A program made the translations under genes and the position numbers. A stretch of 64,000 nt of DNA from Hydrolagus colliei (Eukaryota), in contig CM068771.1 of assembly GCA_035084275.1 (NCBI GenBank), positions 5,084,001 through 5,148,000 of the forward strand, in the 5' to 3' direction. Shown piece after piece: positions 24,501 to 34,570 of this stretch (the first letter of the stretch is position 1; every line of letters starts with the position of its first letter). The notes beneath the pieces are model-generated. The model saw nothing but the letters and a program-made list of their open reading frames with translations, had not been told where the DNA came from and did not search any database.

Positions 24501-27500
24501 AGTAGGAACTGCCAACATCCCACGGGCAAAATGAATGAGGAAGTATCCCTTTAAGAACATTTGTGCTCAGTGACCTTTCACTAATCTGCTCGATCTGAGG
24601 TACGCCTTCAATTCTTTACTCAGAGGAAGCAGCAGTGTGACCAGTGAAAGTGCTGAAAATATACAGTAACAATACATTTAGCACAGATTTATTTACATTA
24701 AACACAGCAAACTACAGATTATAGCCATGCTATAATATAATTATTATAATATAATATAAACATAATATTTATATTATATGCTATGGGCAAGGACGTTTTG
24801 TACGAGGAGGTTGAACTTGTTTCAAAGAAAGAGCAAGAGTAATATATGTAAAATAAACAAATAAAAGTATGTATAATATTTTGTACATAGCAAATAAAAT
24901 AAACAAATAAAATAAATTCATTTAGTTTAAAATATTATGTATAAAATAAACAAATCAAGGTACATAAAATATACAGTAATGATATACTTAGCACAGATTT
25001 ATTTAAAGTAAACCAGTAACACACAGTTAACCAACCTAAAATATATAAATCAATATACCGTATATCTCTGCGTATAAGGCGCACCCGCGTATAAGGCGCA
25101 CCCCCCGTTTTTGACAACCAGGTGGCAAAAAAAAATTTTTTGCTGCCGTATTTTTTCGACCATTTTCTATCATTTTTATAATTTTCCTGTTACTCTTTTT
25201 GTTATTTGGTGGCCCTGAAAAGGGCCGTTGGTATATAAAACTTTTATGCTACATTCGGGAAATCCTAGTCGTCGGTCGCCTCGTCAAATACCTCGCGAAG
25301 TTCCTCATCTGAATCCGCGTATTGTAGGTCGGCGTCGCTGTCGTCGCTCTCGGATGTGCTCGGCGAGTTGTCCTCCCACAGCACATCGTCTTGCGTCCCA
25401 TCCAAGCTGTTGGATATGCAGCACTTCAGGAAGCCGCGTCTGATGATCTCCGCTGGCAGCTCATCCCAGACTTTTGCTATCCACGAGCAGATGGTTGGGA
25501 GATCTACCTTCCGCATCCGTCCTCCAGCCGTGTACGTCTTCTCCCCCTCCAGCATCCAGTCAGCCCAGCACCTCCGCATGCCATCCTTGAAGGGCTTGTT
25601 CACCGCGACATCAAGCGGCTGGAGAAGCGACGTCATCCCGCCGGGGATCATCACCAGATTGGTGTTGGATTTCCGCAGGGTCGCCTTCGTCTGGTCCGTC
25701 TTGTGACAGCGGAAGGCGTCGAGGACAAGAAGGCTTCTGCGCCGTGAGGGACCCCCTACTCGCCTCTCCCAGACGCAATGCAGCCAGTCGTTTACGAGGT
25801 CGCCGTCCATCCAGCCCTTCGGGTGAACCCTCACGAGGATGCCGGGCGGGAAACTCTGTTTCGGAAGAGTCTTCCGCTTAAAGATCACGTACGGTGGCAG
25901 CTTTCCTCCATCGGCGGTGCAGCCCAGCATTACCGTGAAGCGGTCCTTCTCGTGGCTAGTCGTCGAGATGCTCACGCTCTTCGACCCTGTATCCACGATG
26001 GTAACGCTCCAGGGGACATCGAAGGTGAGTGGCGTCTGGTCTGCGTTGCCGATCCTGGTGAGCGGGTAGTTGTGCTGGCGGCGCAGCTTGATTACGAACT
26101 TCTGTAAGCTGGTCATCTTTTCCTCCAAGTTGGCAGGCAAGTGCTGTGCGATATGTGTGCATCGGCGAATGGATAGCCCGTGCCGAGACATGAAGCGGTA
26201 AGCCCATGAAACACTCACCTTAAAGTCGATGATTCCCTCCCTGGCAGCGATGGCCCTGGCCTTCAGTCGAAGCGCTACCGTTGAGATAGCGTGCCCCTCA
26301 TGCCGTTTTTCTCGAACCCAGGCGATGAGCTCCACCTCCAGTTCAGGCCACTTCGCTGTTCCTCTCCGTAGCGCCTTCTTTAGTTTCGGCATCTCCTCCA
26401 GCGTGGACTGTGTGGAACGCCATCAGCGAACATTTGATTCGGCGAAGCCGAATTTCCTCCCTGCCTCCCGGTTTCCAGCCTCCTCTGCATACTTGCAGAC
26501 GGAGAGCTTGAACAAAGCTGGGAACGCACGACGAGACATTTCTCACCTGCTACCGCATTTCGAATTTGTGGCGCTAAAAATGTTGTGTACCCGCGTATAC
26601 GGCGCACCCCCCTCTTTCAACACTTTACGACCTGAAAAAAAGTGCGCCTTATATGCGGAGATATACGGTAATATGAATATGATAAAATACTATGAAGATC
26701 AATATAATCAGTGTCCTACTGCTCTCTCATTCCATTCCAGTCCCCCATCAACGGCCATGTTTTCCACACTATTCTCGGAAAATTTGGAACTCTTTCCCTC
26801 AATCCTTGTGCCTTGCACCCTCCTTCCCCATTTTCAAATCACTCCCTGAGACAGCTCAGTAATCAATCAATCAATCAATCAGTCAGTCAATCAATCAAAA
26901 CTTACATTTATATAGCATCTTTCATGTCAAGAGGCACTGTATCGTTAGGTAGGGACAAGAGCAGGGGGGAGGGGTTGGGGCAAGATGAAGAAGAGTAGGA
27001 AAATTGGCTGTATATTTGTGGGCGAAAAGAGACACGGGGACAAGCCACAAATAGTAGATGCACAAAATTGGGGAAAAGAGAGCAACAAAGAGAGACACTG
27101 AATCAATGTGAAGTGCTCTGAGACGCCGTCTGGCGTGGAGGGCACTATATAAATCGATGTTGTTGTTGTTGTATTGCAAATGGGTTTGAAGGGATGGAAT
27201 TTTGGGCCTCTAGTGAGCTATTCATAAACTGGGACACAAGAGGGCACTGTCCAATTGACATATCCGCCAGCATTTTGTAACTTGGTGAGTGAGCAGCAGC
27301 AATGATTCTCACTAAATTTAAAAATAATGATAGGTACTTGTATTATATCTAGAAAAAAGTCTTTGTTCAAAACCACGCTTCCATAGTCTTAGCAATTATC
27401 CCATCTGATTTACCTGTGAAACAAATATTCACATAAATCCTTTACGGTTTAATCAATGTAGTATTGAATGTTTCTAAATTCAGACCATTCCACATTGTTT

Positions 27501-30500
27501 GGGGGAGAAGGAAGAAGAATATATCTTATAATATTATTAATCTACCCATCATTTACCAAATAGGATTATATCTCCTCTGTGAATCTCTCTAAACTTTGTT
27601 CCTCAAAAATCACCCACAACTTTGAGCTAAATGGCTTGATTTCTACTTTGGCCTACTATTTATTAACAATAATTTTACAACATCCCTTTAGGGATGAGGG
27701 ATTCAGTTATGTGGAGAGACTAGAGAAGCCAGGATTGTTTTCTTAGAGCAGAGAAGATTAAGGGCAGATTTAATAGACTTGTTGAAAATTATGATGGGCT
27801 TTGATAAGACTAGACAGCGACAAATTGTTTCCACTGCAGGTGATTCAGTAACCAGGGGACCCAGATTTAAGATAATTGGCAGAAGAACCAAAGAGGAAAC
27901 AAGGAGAAATTGCATAGCCAGATTGGACATCAGAATAACATCTCATCTGAAGGATGCCACCTCTGACAATGCAGCCTTCCCTCAACTTTCTGACTCAAAG
28001 ACAAGAGCGACAAATTCTCAGTGAACCAACATAATAATAAATCCTCCCCTCCTAAGTCTCTCCCTTCTGTCTCCCCTACACTGCCCCTCCTCTTTGCTCA
28101 GGTCCCGACCTGACTGTTCAGTACCTTGGGCCATCCTCCCAGTACGGTCTCACCAAGGCCTTTTTTTCTCCTTTTTACAGTTGCAGCAAGACTTCACTAC
28201 TTCTATGCTCTAACCACTTTGCAATGAATGCTGATTAGCCTTTCTAATTGAATGCCATACCTGCATACAAGCTTTCTGTGATTGGTGTACAAGGACACCT
28301 AAACCCTCTAATATTACCGAGTTTCTCCCCCTCTAGAAAACAATCTCCTTTTCTATTTTTTCCAGGTGAATAATTTCATACTTCCCGACATTTTACTCTA
28401 TAAGCCACCTTCTTGCCCACTCACTTAACCTGTCTATATCCCTTTGCATTCTCCTTGTGTCATCCTCACAGCTTACTTTCCCACCTAGCTACAACAACAA
28501 CTTTGATTTATATAGCGTCCTCCACACCGGATAGCATCTCAGAGCGCTTCATAATGCAGCTTCGTAATGTCCGCAAATTTAGATACGTTAAGCTCTATTT
28601 CCTCATCTAAATTATTCACGTGGGTAAGGAGGGGGCAGGGCATGAAGGGATTTGAAGGAGAGTGAGTACATCTTGAAATGATTCAGTTCGATAAAAGGGA
28701 GCCAGTGAAGCCTGGCAAGGTTTGGTGTGATGGAGGTTAAACCATAAAGGCCCTTCCTTCTTCTCACTAATTAATCTTGGGATATCAATTTAAAAACAAT
28801 GATGATAATAATAATCCTTGCATCGTAAGACGTATCAAAGCACTTCTGCACAACAATGAATGAAGTTGAGGTGGGACCTAGCCAAGGTGGAAAGAAAAAT
28901 TGGCAGGTAAGACAACTAACGAGCAGTGGGCAGTGTTCAAAGAGGAGATAGTTCAGGCACAGGTCAAAAGCATCCCCACAAAGGTGAAATGTAAGGCATC
29001 CAAACCTCCCTGGATGACTAAGGAAATCGGGGCCAAAATAAAACAAAAAAAAGAGGCTTATGATAAGTGTCAGGCTCAAAATTCAGAAGGGAACCAAGCA
29101 GAATATAGGAAGTGTAGGATAGAACTAAAAAAGGAAGTTAGAGGGGCAAAGAGACTGCATGAGAAACAATTAGCGAGTAAGATTAAGGGGAACCCTAAGG
29201 TTTTTTACCAACATATTAAGAGTAAAAGGTTGGTCAAGGATAGGGTGGGGCCAATTCGGGACCTAGGAGGAAATCTCATTGTGGAGGCAGAGGGCATGGC
29301 TGATGTACTGAATGAGTACTTCGCCTCTGTCTTCACAAAAGAAAAGGATACAGCCAATGCCATAGTATTGGAGGAGAGGGTAGGAGAAATGGATAGAATA
29401 ATTATAACCAGAGAGGAAGTTCTAAAAAGGTTGACGTCGCTCAAGGTGGATAAGTCACCTGGTCCGGATGGGATGCACCCTAGGTTACTAAGGGAGGCAC
29501 GGGAGCAAATAGCAGAGACTCTGGCCACGATCTTTCAATCTTCCTTGGACACAGGGGTCGTGCCAGAGGACTGGAGGATAGCTAATGTTACTCCCTTGTG
29601 TAAAAAGGGGCAGAAGGACAAGCCTGGTAACTACAGACCAGTCAGTCTAACGTTGGTAGTGGGCAAACTTCTAGAGTCCATAATCAGGGACAAAATAGAT
29701 CTTCACTTAGAAAGATATAGGCTAATAAAGGACAGTCAACATGGATTTGTTAAAGGCAAATCTTGCCTTACAAATCTGATAGAATTTTTTGATGAGGTAA
29801 CGGAATGGGTGGATAATGGTAGCGCAGTTGATGTAGTTTACATGGACTTTCAAAAGGCATTTGACAAAGTGCCACATGAGAGACTTATTACGAAATTAAA
29901 GGCCCATGGCTTAAAAGGGACAGTGGCAGAGTGGATCCACAACTGGCTGCGAGACAGAAAGCAGAGAGTTGTAGTGAGTGGCTGTTTTTCAGATGGAGGG
30001 AAGTGAGCAGTGGTGTGCCACAAGGATCGGTTTTGGGACCATTGCTGTTTGTAATCTACATCAATGATCTGGACTTGGGTGTAGGGAGTACAGTTTCCAA
30101 GTTTGCAAATGACACTAAGTTAGGGAGAATAGTAAATAGTGAGGAGGATAGTAGCCATCTGCAAGAGGATATAGACAAATTGGTAAAGTGGGCAGACACA
30201 TGGCAGATGAAGTTTAATGCAGAGAAGTGTGAGGTGATGCATTTTGGGAGAAGAAATGAAGGGAGGCAATATAGGCTAGATAGTACAATTTTAAATGATG
30301 TGAAGGAACAAAGAGACCTGGGGATTTGTGTTAGTGACTCGTTGAAGGTGGCAGGACAGGTAGACAAGGCTGTTAAGAAGGCATATGGGATACTAGGCTT
30401 TATAAATAGGGGTATAGAGTACAAAAGTCAGGAAGTGCTGACTAACCTCTATAAAACTTTGGTGAGGCCTCAGCTGGAATACTGTGTTCAATTCTGGTCA

Positions 30501-32015
30501 CCACACTACAGAAAGGATGTGAAGACATTGGAAAGGGTACAAAGAAGATTTACTAGGATGGTGCCAGGATTGAGGGACTTCAGCTATGAGGAGAGGATAG
30601 ATAAGCTAGGGTTATTCTCTCTGGAGCAGAGAAGATTGAGGGAAGACCTAATAGAGGTTTATAAGATCATGAGGGGTTTCGACAGGGCAAATAGAGAAAA
30701 ACTATTTCCACTCGTGGGCGAATCTGTGACTCGTGGTCACAGATTTAAAATAGTTTCAAGGCGAAGTAGAGGGGAGCTGAGGAGAATTTTTTTCACTCAG
30801 CGAGTTGTTCGAATCTGGAATGCATTGCCTGAAAAGGTGGTGGAGGCTGATTCGATAACAACTTTTAAAAGGGAATTAGATCTTTATTTAGGGAGAACAG
30901 GTCTATTAGGCTATGGGGAGCGGGCAGGGCAGTGGGATTGAATCGCTCTTTTCAAAGAGCCGGCACAGACTAGATGGGGCGAATGGCCTCCTTTTGTCCC
31001 GTAAAATTCTATGAATCTATGAATTGAAACTGCAGCTTGTGAGCGAAACGCAGCAGCCAACACCCACAACAATTGACAATAATTATCATTTATTCAATTT
31101 GTTGTCAAATGCAAGGAGTATTATTGTTGCTGAGACCCTGTCACACATACCCACTGTCCACATTAATGCTAACAATGCGAAGTGCAGCTCTGGCGCCTCC
31201 TGTCTGCTGAGCTGTGGTTGCTTTGTGGTGTATTTATGGCTGTGTCTATGGCTGTAGCTGTGTCTATGGCTGTAGCTGTGTCTATGGTTGTAGCTGTGAC
31301 TGTAGCTGTGTCGATGACTGTAGCTGTGTCTATGACTGTAGCTGTGTCTATGGCTGTAGCTGTGACTGTAGCTGTGTCTATGACTGTAGCTGTGACTGTA
31401 GCTGTGTCTATGACTGTAGCTGTGTCTATGGCTGTAGCTGTGACTGTAGCTGTGTCTATGGCTGTAGCTGTGTCTATGACTGTAGCTGTGTCTATGGCTG
31501 TAGCTGTGACTGTAGCTGTGTCTATGACTGTAGCTGTGTCTATGGCTGTAGCTGTGTCTATGGCTGTAGCTGTGTCTATGGCTGTAGCTGTGACTGTAGC
31601 TGTGTCTATGGCTGTAGCTGTGACTGTAGCTGTGTCTATGACTGTAGCTGTGTCTATGGCTGTAGCTGTGTCTATGGCTGTAGCTGTGACTGTAGCTGTG
31701 TCTATGGCTGTAGCTGTGACTGTAGCTGTGTCTATGGCTGTAGCTGTGACTGTAGCTGTGTCTATGGCTGTAGCTGTGACTGTAGCTGTGTCTATGGCTG
31801 TAGCTGTGACTGTAGCTGTGTCTATGGCTGTAGCTGTGACTGTAGCTGTGTCTATGGCTGTAGCTGTGACTGTAGCTGTGTCTATGGCTGTAGCTGTGAC
31901 TGTAGCTGTGTCTATGGCTGTAGCTGTGACTGTAGCTGTGTCTGTGGCTGTAGCTGTGGTTGTGCTACTTGCCTTGAGGAGCCAGGAGGAGGAGGAGAGC
32001 GGCTGTGAGCAACAT
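15537..32015 (-). CDS. Gene B: IgV-IgC2-5TM receptor paralog, ~413 aa, 9 coding exons
   Basis: join(minus) 32015-31973, 24131-23778, 22767-22501, 21719-21603, 19749-19648, 18202-18074, 17217-17137, 16168-16061, 15577-15537 = 1242 nt, open; all phase 1; AATAAA on minus at 15481-15486. Confidence 0.87.
16061..16168 (-). CDS. Gene B TM5 exon
   Basis: 108 nt; VTACNVPIGELALLVTVAVVVYVVAVGVFFVFFGKF. Confidence 0.82.
16338..16630 (+). mobile_element. SINE2 copy
   Basis: tRNA head with CTTGCAA loop, core and tail. Confidence 0.8.
17137..17217 (-). CDS. Gene B TM4 exon
   Basis: 81 nt; RHRIIILGYGLSTIIISGAPIHQAKKN. Confidence 0.8.
18074..18202 (-). CDS. Gene B TM3 exon
   Basis: 129 nt; GFSFEYRIVSGIGCIISVAVMIYIAIFFLRPETELTRSFLLHK. 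Confidence 0.85.
18463..18881. mobile_element. hAT (Charlie/Buster-type) MITE inside an L2 fragment
   Basis: CAGTGGTTTCCAAACT...AGTTTGGAAGCCACTG; degenerate 8-bp TSD. Confidence 0.75.
19198..19550 (+). mobile_element. SINE2 copy
   Basis: tRNA head, core and tail. Confidence 0.75.
19648..19749 (-). CDS. Gene B TM2 exon
   Basis: 102 nt; [34 protein letters not shown]. Confidence 0.85.
20765..20997. mobile_element. Degenerate Tigger-like MITE
   Basis: GCTTAACGTTGC / GCAACGTTAAGC inverted arms; right end CCTG|TA. Confidence 0.55.
21603..21719 (-). CDS. Gene B TM1 exon
   Basis: 117 nt; GILFAHEKSLIVSIIALVSNITSFAASVFIIFYALEEYK. Confidence 0.85.
21822..22245 (-). mobile_element. CR1 3' fragment
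   Basis: Reverse complement of CR1 ORF2 end and 3' UTR. Confidence 0.75.
22501..22767 (-). CDS. Gene B IgC2 exon
   Basis: 267 nt; VVLSC...YVWMRQG...NNSTLVIKNLKIRHCGWYTCTVQN. Confidence 0.92.
23425..23710 (+). mobile_element. CR1 3' fragment
   Basis: ORF2 end, 3' UTR ggccgaatggcctacacctgctcc and (TTCTTATG)n tail. Confidence 0.8.
23778..24131 (-). CDS. Gene B IgV exon
   Basis: 354 nt; IRW...KQRATINTQDGSLLLRALETHDSGFY; ttttgcag acceptor, gtaagt donor. Confidence 0.92.
25058..26668 (-). mobile_element. Full-length pogo/Tigger-superfamily DNA transposon (Passer/POGK-like, DD35D), 1611 bp
   Basis: 27-bp TIRs CCGTATATCTC(T/C)GC(G/A)TATAAGGCGCAC (25/27 match), TA flanks at 25056-57 and 26669-70; transposase inside. 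Confidence 0.93.
25265..26539 (-). pseudogene. pogo transposase (N-terminal HTH, CENP-B-type HTH, DDE_1), 424 codons with one nonsense codon
   Basis: ATG 26539; TGA at 26423-26425 (ESNVR*WR); motifs NADQTP, LVLDAF, LQPLDV with 35 residues between D2 and D3. Confidence 0.88.
28885..31023 (+). mobile_element. CR1/L3 LINE, 5'-truncated ORF2 (RT), frameshifted
   Basis: ORFs 28900-30006 and 29931-30941; [28 protein letters not shown] (D to N); 1-nt deletion near 29994; TTCTATGA-type tail. Confidence 0.95.
31239..31960. repeat. Modular minisatellite (18- and 12-bp units) at the start of gene B intron 1
   Basis: Units TGTAGCTGTGTCTATGGC, TGTAGCTGTGTCTATGAC and TGTAGCTGTGAC. Confidence 0.95.
31973..32015 (-). 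CDS. Gene B exon 1, signal peptide [14 protein letters not shown]
   Basis: Identical to gene A exon 1; GC donor. Confidence 0.72.
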
Positions 32016-32670
32016 TCCCGCTGCCTGACTCCAGGGCGATGGTCAAGTCACAAGATGGCGGCCTAACGGCAACTCAGCTCTTTAACGGCAACAAGTTCAA
32101 AATGAAAGACAAACAAAGCGGGCGGCTGGCGCCGCTGCCCGGCTCTCTGGGCCCCGCCCCTCCCCCCCTCCCGCCCGGGGGCTATTCGCTCGGTAACGCT
32201 GACTCCGTCCGTTCCGCCGCCTTTATCCCGGCTCCGCAGCCGCTTCCCCTTCGCCTCTGGTAACGGTTTCAGTTTGTCCGCCTCCCGTCCCCGCGCTCAC
32301 TCACTGCGCAGGCGCCGTATCACCTTCCCGCGCTCACTCACTGCGCAGGCGCCACACTCTGGGTATCGTGTTGTGCACCACGGGGTGAGTGAGCCACGCC
32401 CCCCCCACCCTGACCCCGCCCCTCCACAGCCAGAGCCACGCCCTGAGCCCAGCCCGCCCGCAACCTGTGCCACGCCCCACCATAGCCTGAGCCACGCCCC
32501 CACGCACTGAGCACCCCCGCACATTTTGAGCCACGCCCCCCACAGCCAGAGCCACGCCCCCAACAGCCAGAGCCACGCCCTCACAACCCAAGCCACGCCC
32601 CCCCACAACCTGTGCCACCCCCCCCCCCATAGCCAGAGCCCCCCCACACACAAAGCGAGCCACGCCACCC
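32016..32670 (-). promoter_or_regulatory. CpG-island promoter of gene B with YY1 site, two NRF1-like motifs and a GCCACGCCC (SP/KLF) array
   Basis: CAAGATGGCGGC at 32051-32062; about nine GCCACGCCC copies 32391-32665. Confidence 0.7.
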
Positions 32671-32737
32671 CCCCCCTATTCTTGCATTTGATTCAGCATC
32701 TGATCACACCCTTGAGATGTCTCAAAGTGCTTCATAC

Positions 32738-32836
32738 AATAATAATAATGATTATTATGATAATAATAATCATTATTATCATAATAATAATGATTATTAT
32801 CATAATAATTATAATCATTATAATAATAATAATAAT
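32738..32836. repeat. (AAT)n/(ATC) microsatellite (expanded SINE tail)
   Basis: Direct reading. Confidence 0.9.
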
Positions 32837-33039
32837 CCTTGCATTTGGTATGGCTCTTTTTACTTTGATTCTAGATGTACCAAAGCGCTTCACGGGATAT
32901 ACCGTAAAGTAAATTGACTGTACAAACGTGGATGAAACGTGGCAGCCAATTGCGCACAGCGGCGTCCCACAAGTCATGGACTGAGATGACCGATTTATTA
33001 TCGTTGTTTTTTTGACGGATTATCATCAGGAACCTTGCA

Positions 33040-33350
33040 TTTGATACAGCGCTTTCCACATTTTATCAACGTCCCAAAGCGCTTCACAGAATATACTGTA
33101 AAGTGAATTGACTGTATATATTTGTGAGCGAATCGCGGCAGCCAATTGCGCACAGCAGCATCCCCTTCAAACAGTCGTGGATTGAAATGATGAATTTTAT
33201 TGTTGTGTTTTTTTTGGAGGGATTATTATTAGGCGTGTGGAGTGAGGAAGGCTGCCCAAGGTTTCGCCCTGACCTTCCTGGTCTCCCCAGCTTGGTCTCC
33301 CCAGCTTTCAAGACAAGTGCTCTAACCACTAAGCCACAGGAGCTCCACAG
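33040..33350 (-). mobile_element. SINE2 copy (tandem with a partial copy at 32830-33040)
   Basis: Reverse complement of the family consensus. Confidence 0.82.
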
Positions 33351-34246
33351 TGTAGAGCAAGGAAACATGGATAGCTATTTACCCAGCCAGAAATTAAACC
33401 TGCATCCTCTTGATTGTCAAGTCAGTGCTCTAATAAATATCTGACAGGATGCAGATAACAATAGTTTGGTCACAATTTTCCCCCTCCCCTTGGCTCGGTC
33501 CCAACTCCACTTTGTTAAGTACTCTGAGACTCCGTCTGGCATGGGGGGCGCTCTATAAATCCAAGTTGTTGTTGTTGTTGTTAACCTGCTGAGTGCTCCC
33601 AGTGACTTCTGCTTTCGTTTCAGATTTCCAGCATCAAAACGTATTTCGCGTCTTTATTTGCAAGAAATGTCCAGATTGGTGCCTTAAATAGGACCCATTC
33701 AGTCGACAAAAATGAAGAAAAGCAGCATACATCGTGTTAAGTCATCGAGTTTCAGTAAATCATTTTGCTTGTGGCAAAACATGATGGGCGTCAGTTTCCA
33801 AAATAAAAATAATTGAACTGAGCCAGAGCAGCAAATCCTCAAACAAAACACAACATTCTCAGCCAGCACTTACCCACATGACATAGGATTTCTCAACCGG
33901 TTTAGCTGCATTTAACATTCGTCCTTGTCTAGTATGAACAACAACAACCATAAATTACATTTGTAGAGCGCCTTTCACGTGAGAGAAAGTCTCACTTAAG
34001 TATTCATTTAAAGCAACAACAATTTGCAGGTATATAGGGCCCCTCATTCTGGGTAGCACAAACGCATGAAGGGACTATGTAAATACAGTACAAGTTGTTA
34101 TCTAAGTTGTCTTCAAAAGAATTTACACAATTATGCTGTGCGTCAGAACATTTCAGAATCTCACACTCTTCTCCACAAAAAAAATGCTTTTAATCCCCTT
34201 TTTATTCCTGTTGATCTGCTGTGCTTACTAAGCTTTCCATATTTTA

Positions 34247-34570
34247 TGGAGTCCTGTAGCTCAGTGGTTAGAAGCACTCACCTTCCAAGCGTGAGACCTG
34301 TGTTCGAATCCAGGCAGGTCAGGGCAAGTTTCCTTACTCCACGCACGCGCGCCTAATAATAATCCCTCCGCCCAAAAAACCACAATAATAAAATTGTTTC
34401 ATTTCAATCCACGACTGTTTGTGAGGACACTGCTGTGCGCAAATGGCTGCTGCGTTTCGCCCTCAAATACACAGTCAATTCACTTTACAGTATACTCTGT
34501 GAAGTGTTTTGAAACATCTAGAAGACATGAAAAGCGCTCTATCAAATTCAAAGATTATTATTATTATTAT
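34247..34570 (+). mobile_element. Full-length tRNA-derived SINE2 (Deu-type core, L2-like tail); representative of >20 copies
   Basis: Head ggagtcctgtagctcagtggttag...gttcgaatcc (A and B boxes); core gctgtgcgcaa(a)ttggctgc; tail gaagcgctttgag...aaagcgct...(tta)n. Confidence 0.88.

Noticed and set aside
25356-26849. Plus-strand and alternate-frame ORFs
   Set aside because: Antisense shadows of the GC-rich transposase.
31182-32066. Long ORFs (VAVSMA)n and Cys-rich (CSCVYG)n resembling metallothionein/keratin-associated proteins
   Set aside because: Produced by the minisatellite whose units are multiples of 6; antisense to and inside gene B intron 1.
32039-32263. Plus-strand ORF MVKSQDGG... as a bidirectional partner gene
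   Set aside because: No recognisable domain; it is the antisense of the leader/5' UTR and is frameshifted in the A copy.
34247-34320. tRNA genes
   Set aside because: All tRNA-like segments are SINE heads followed by the SINE body and tail.
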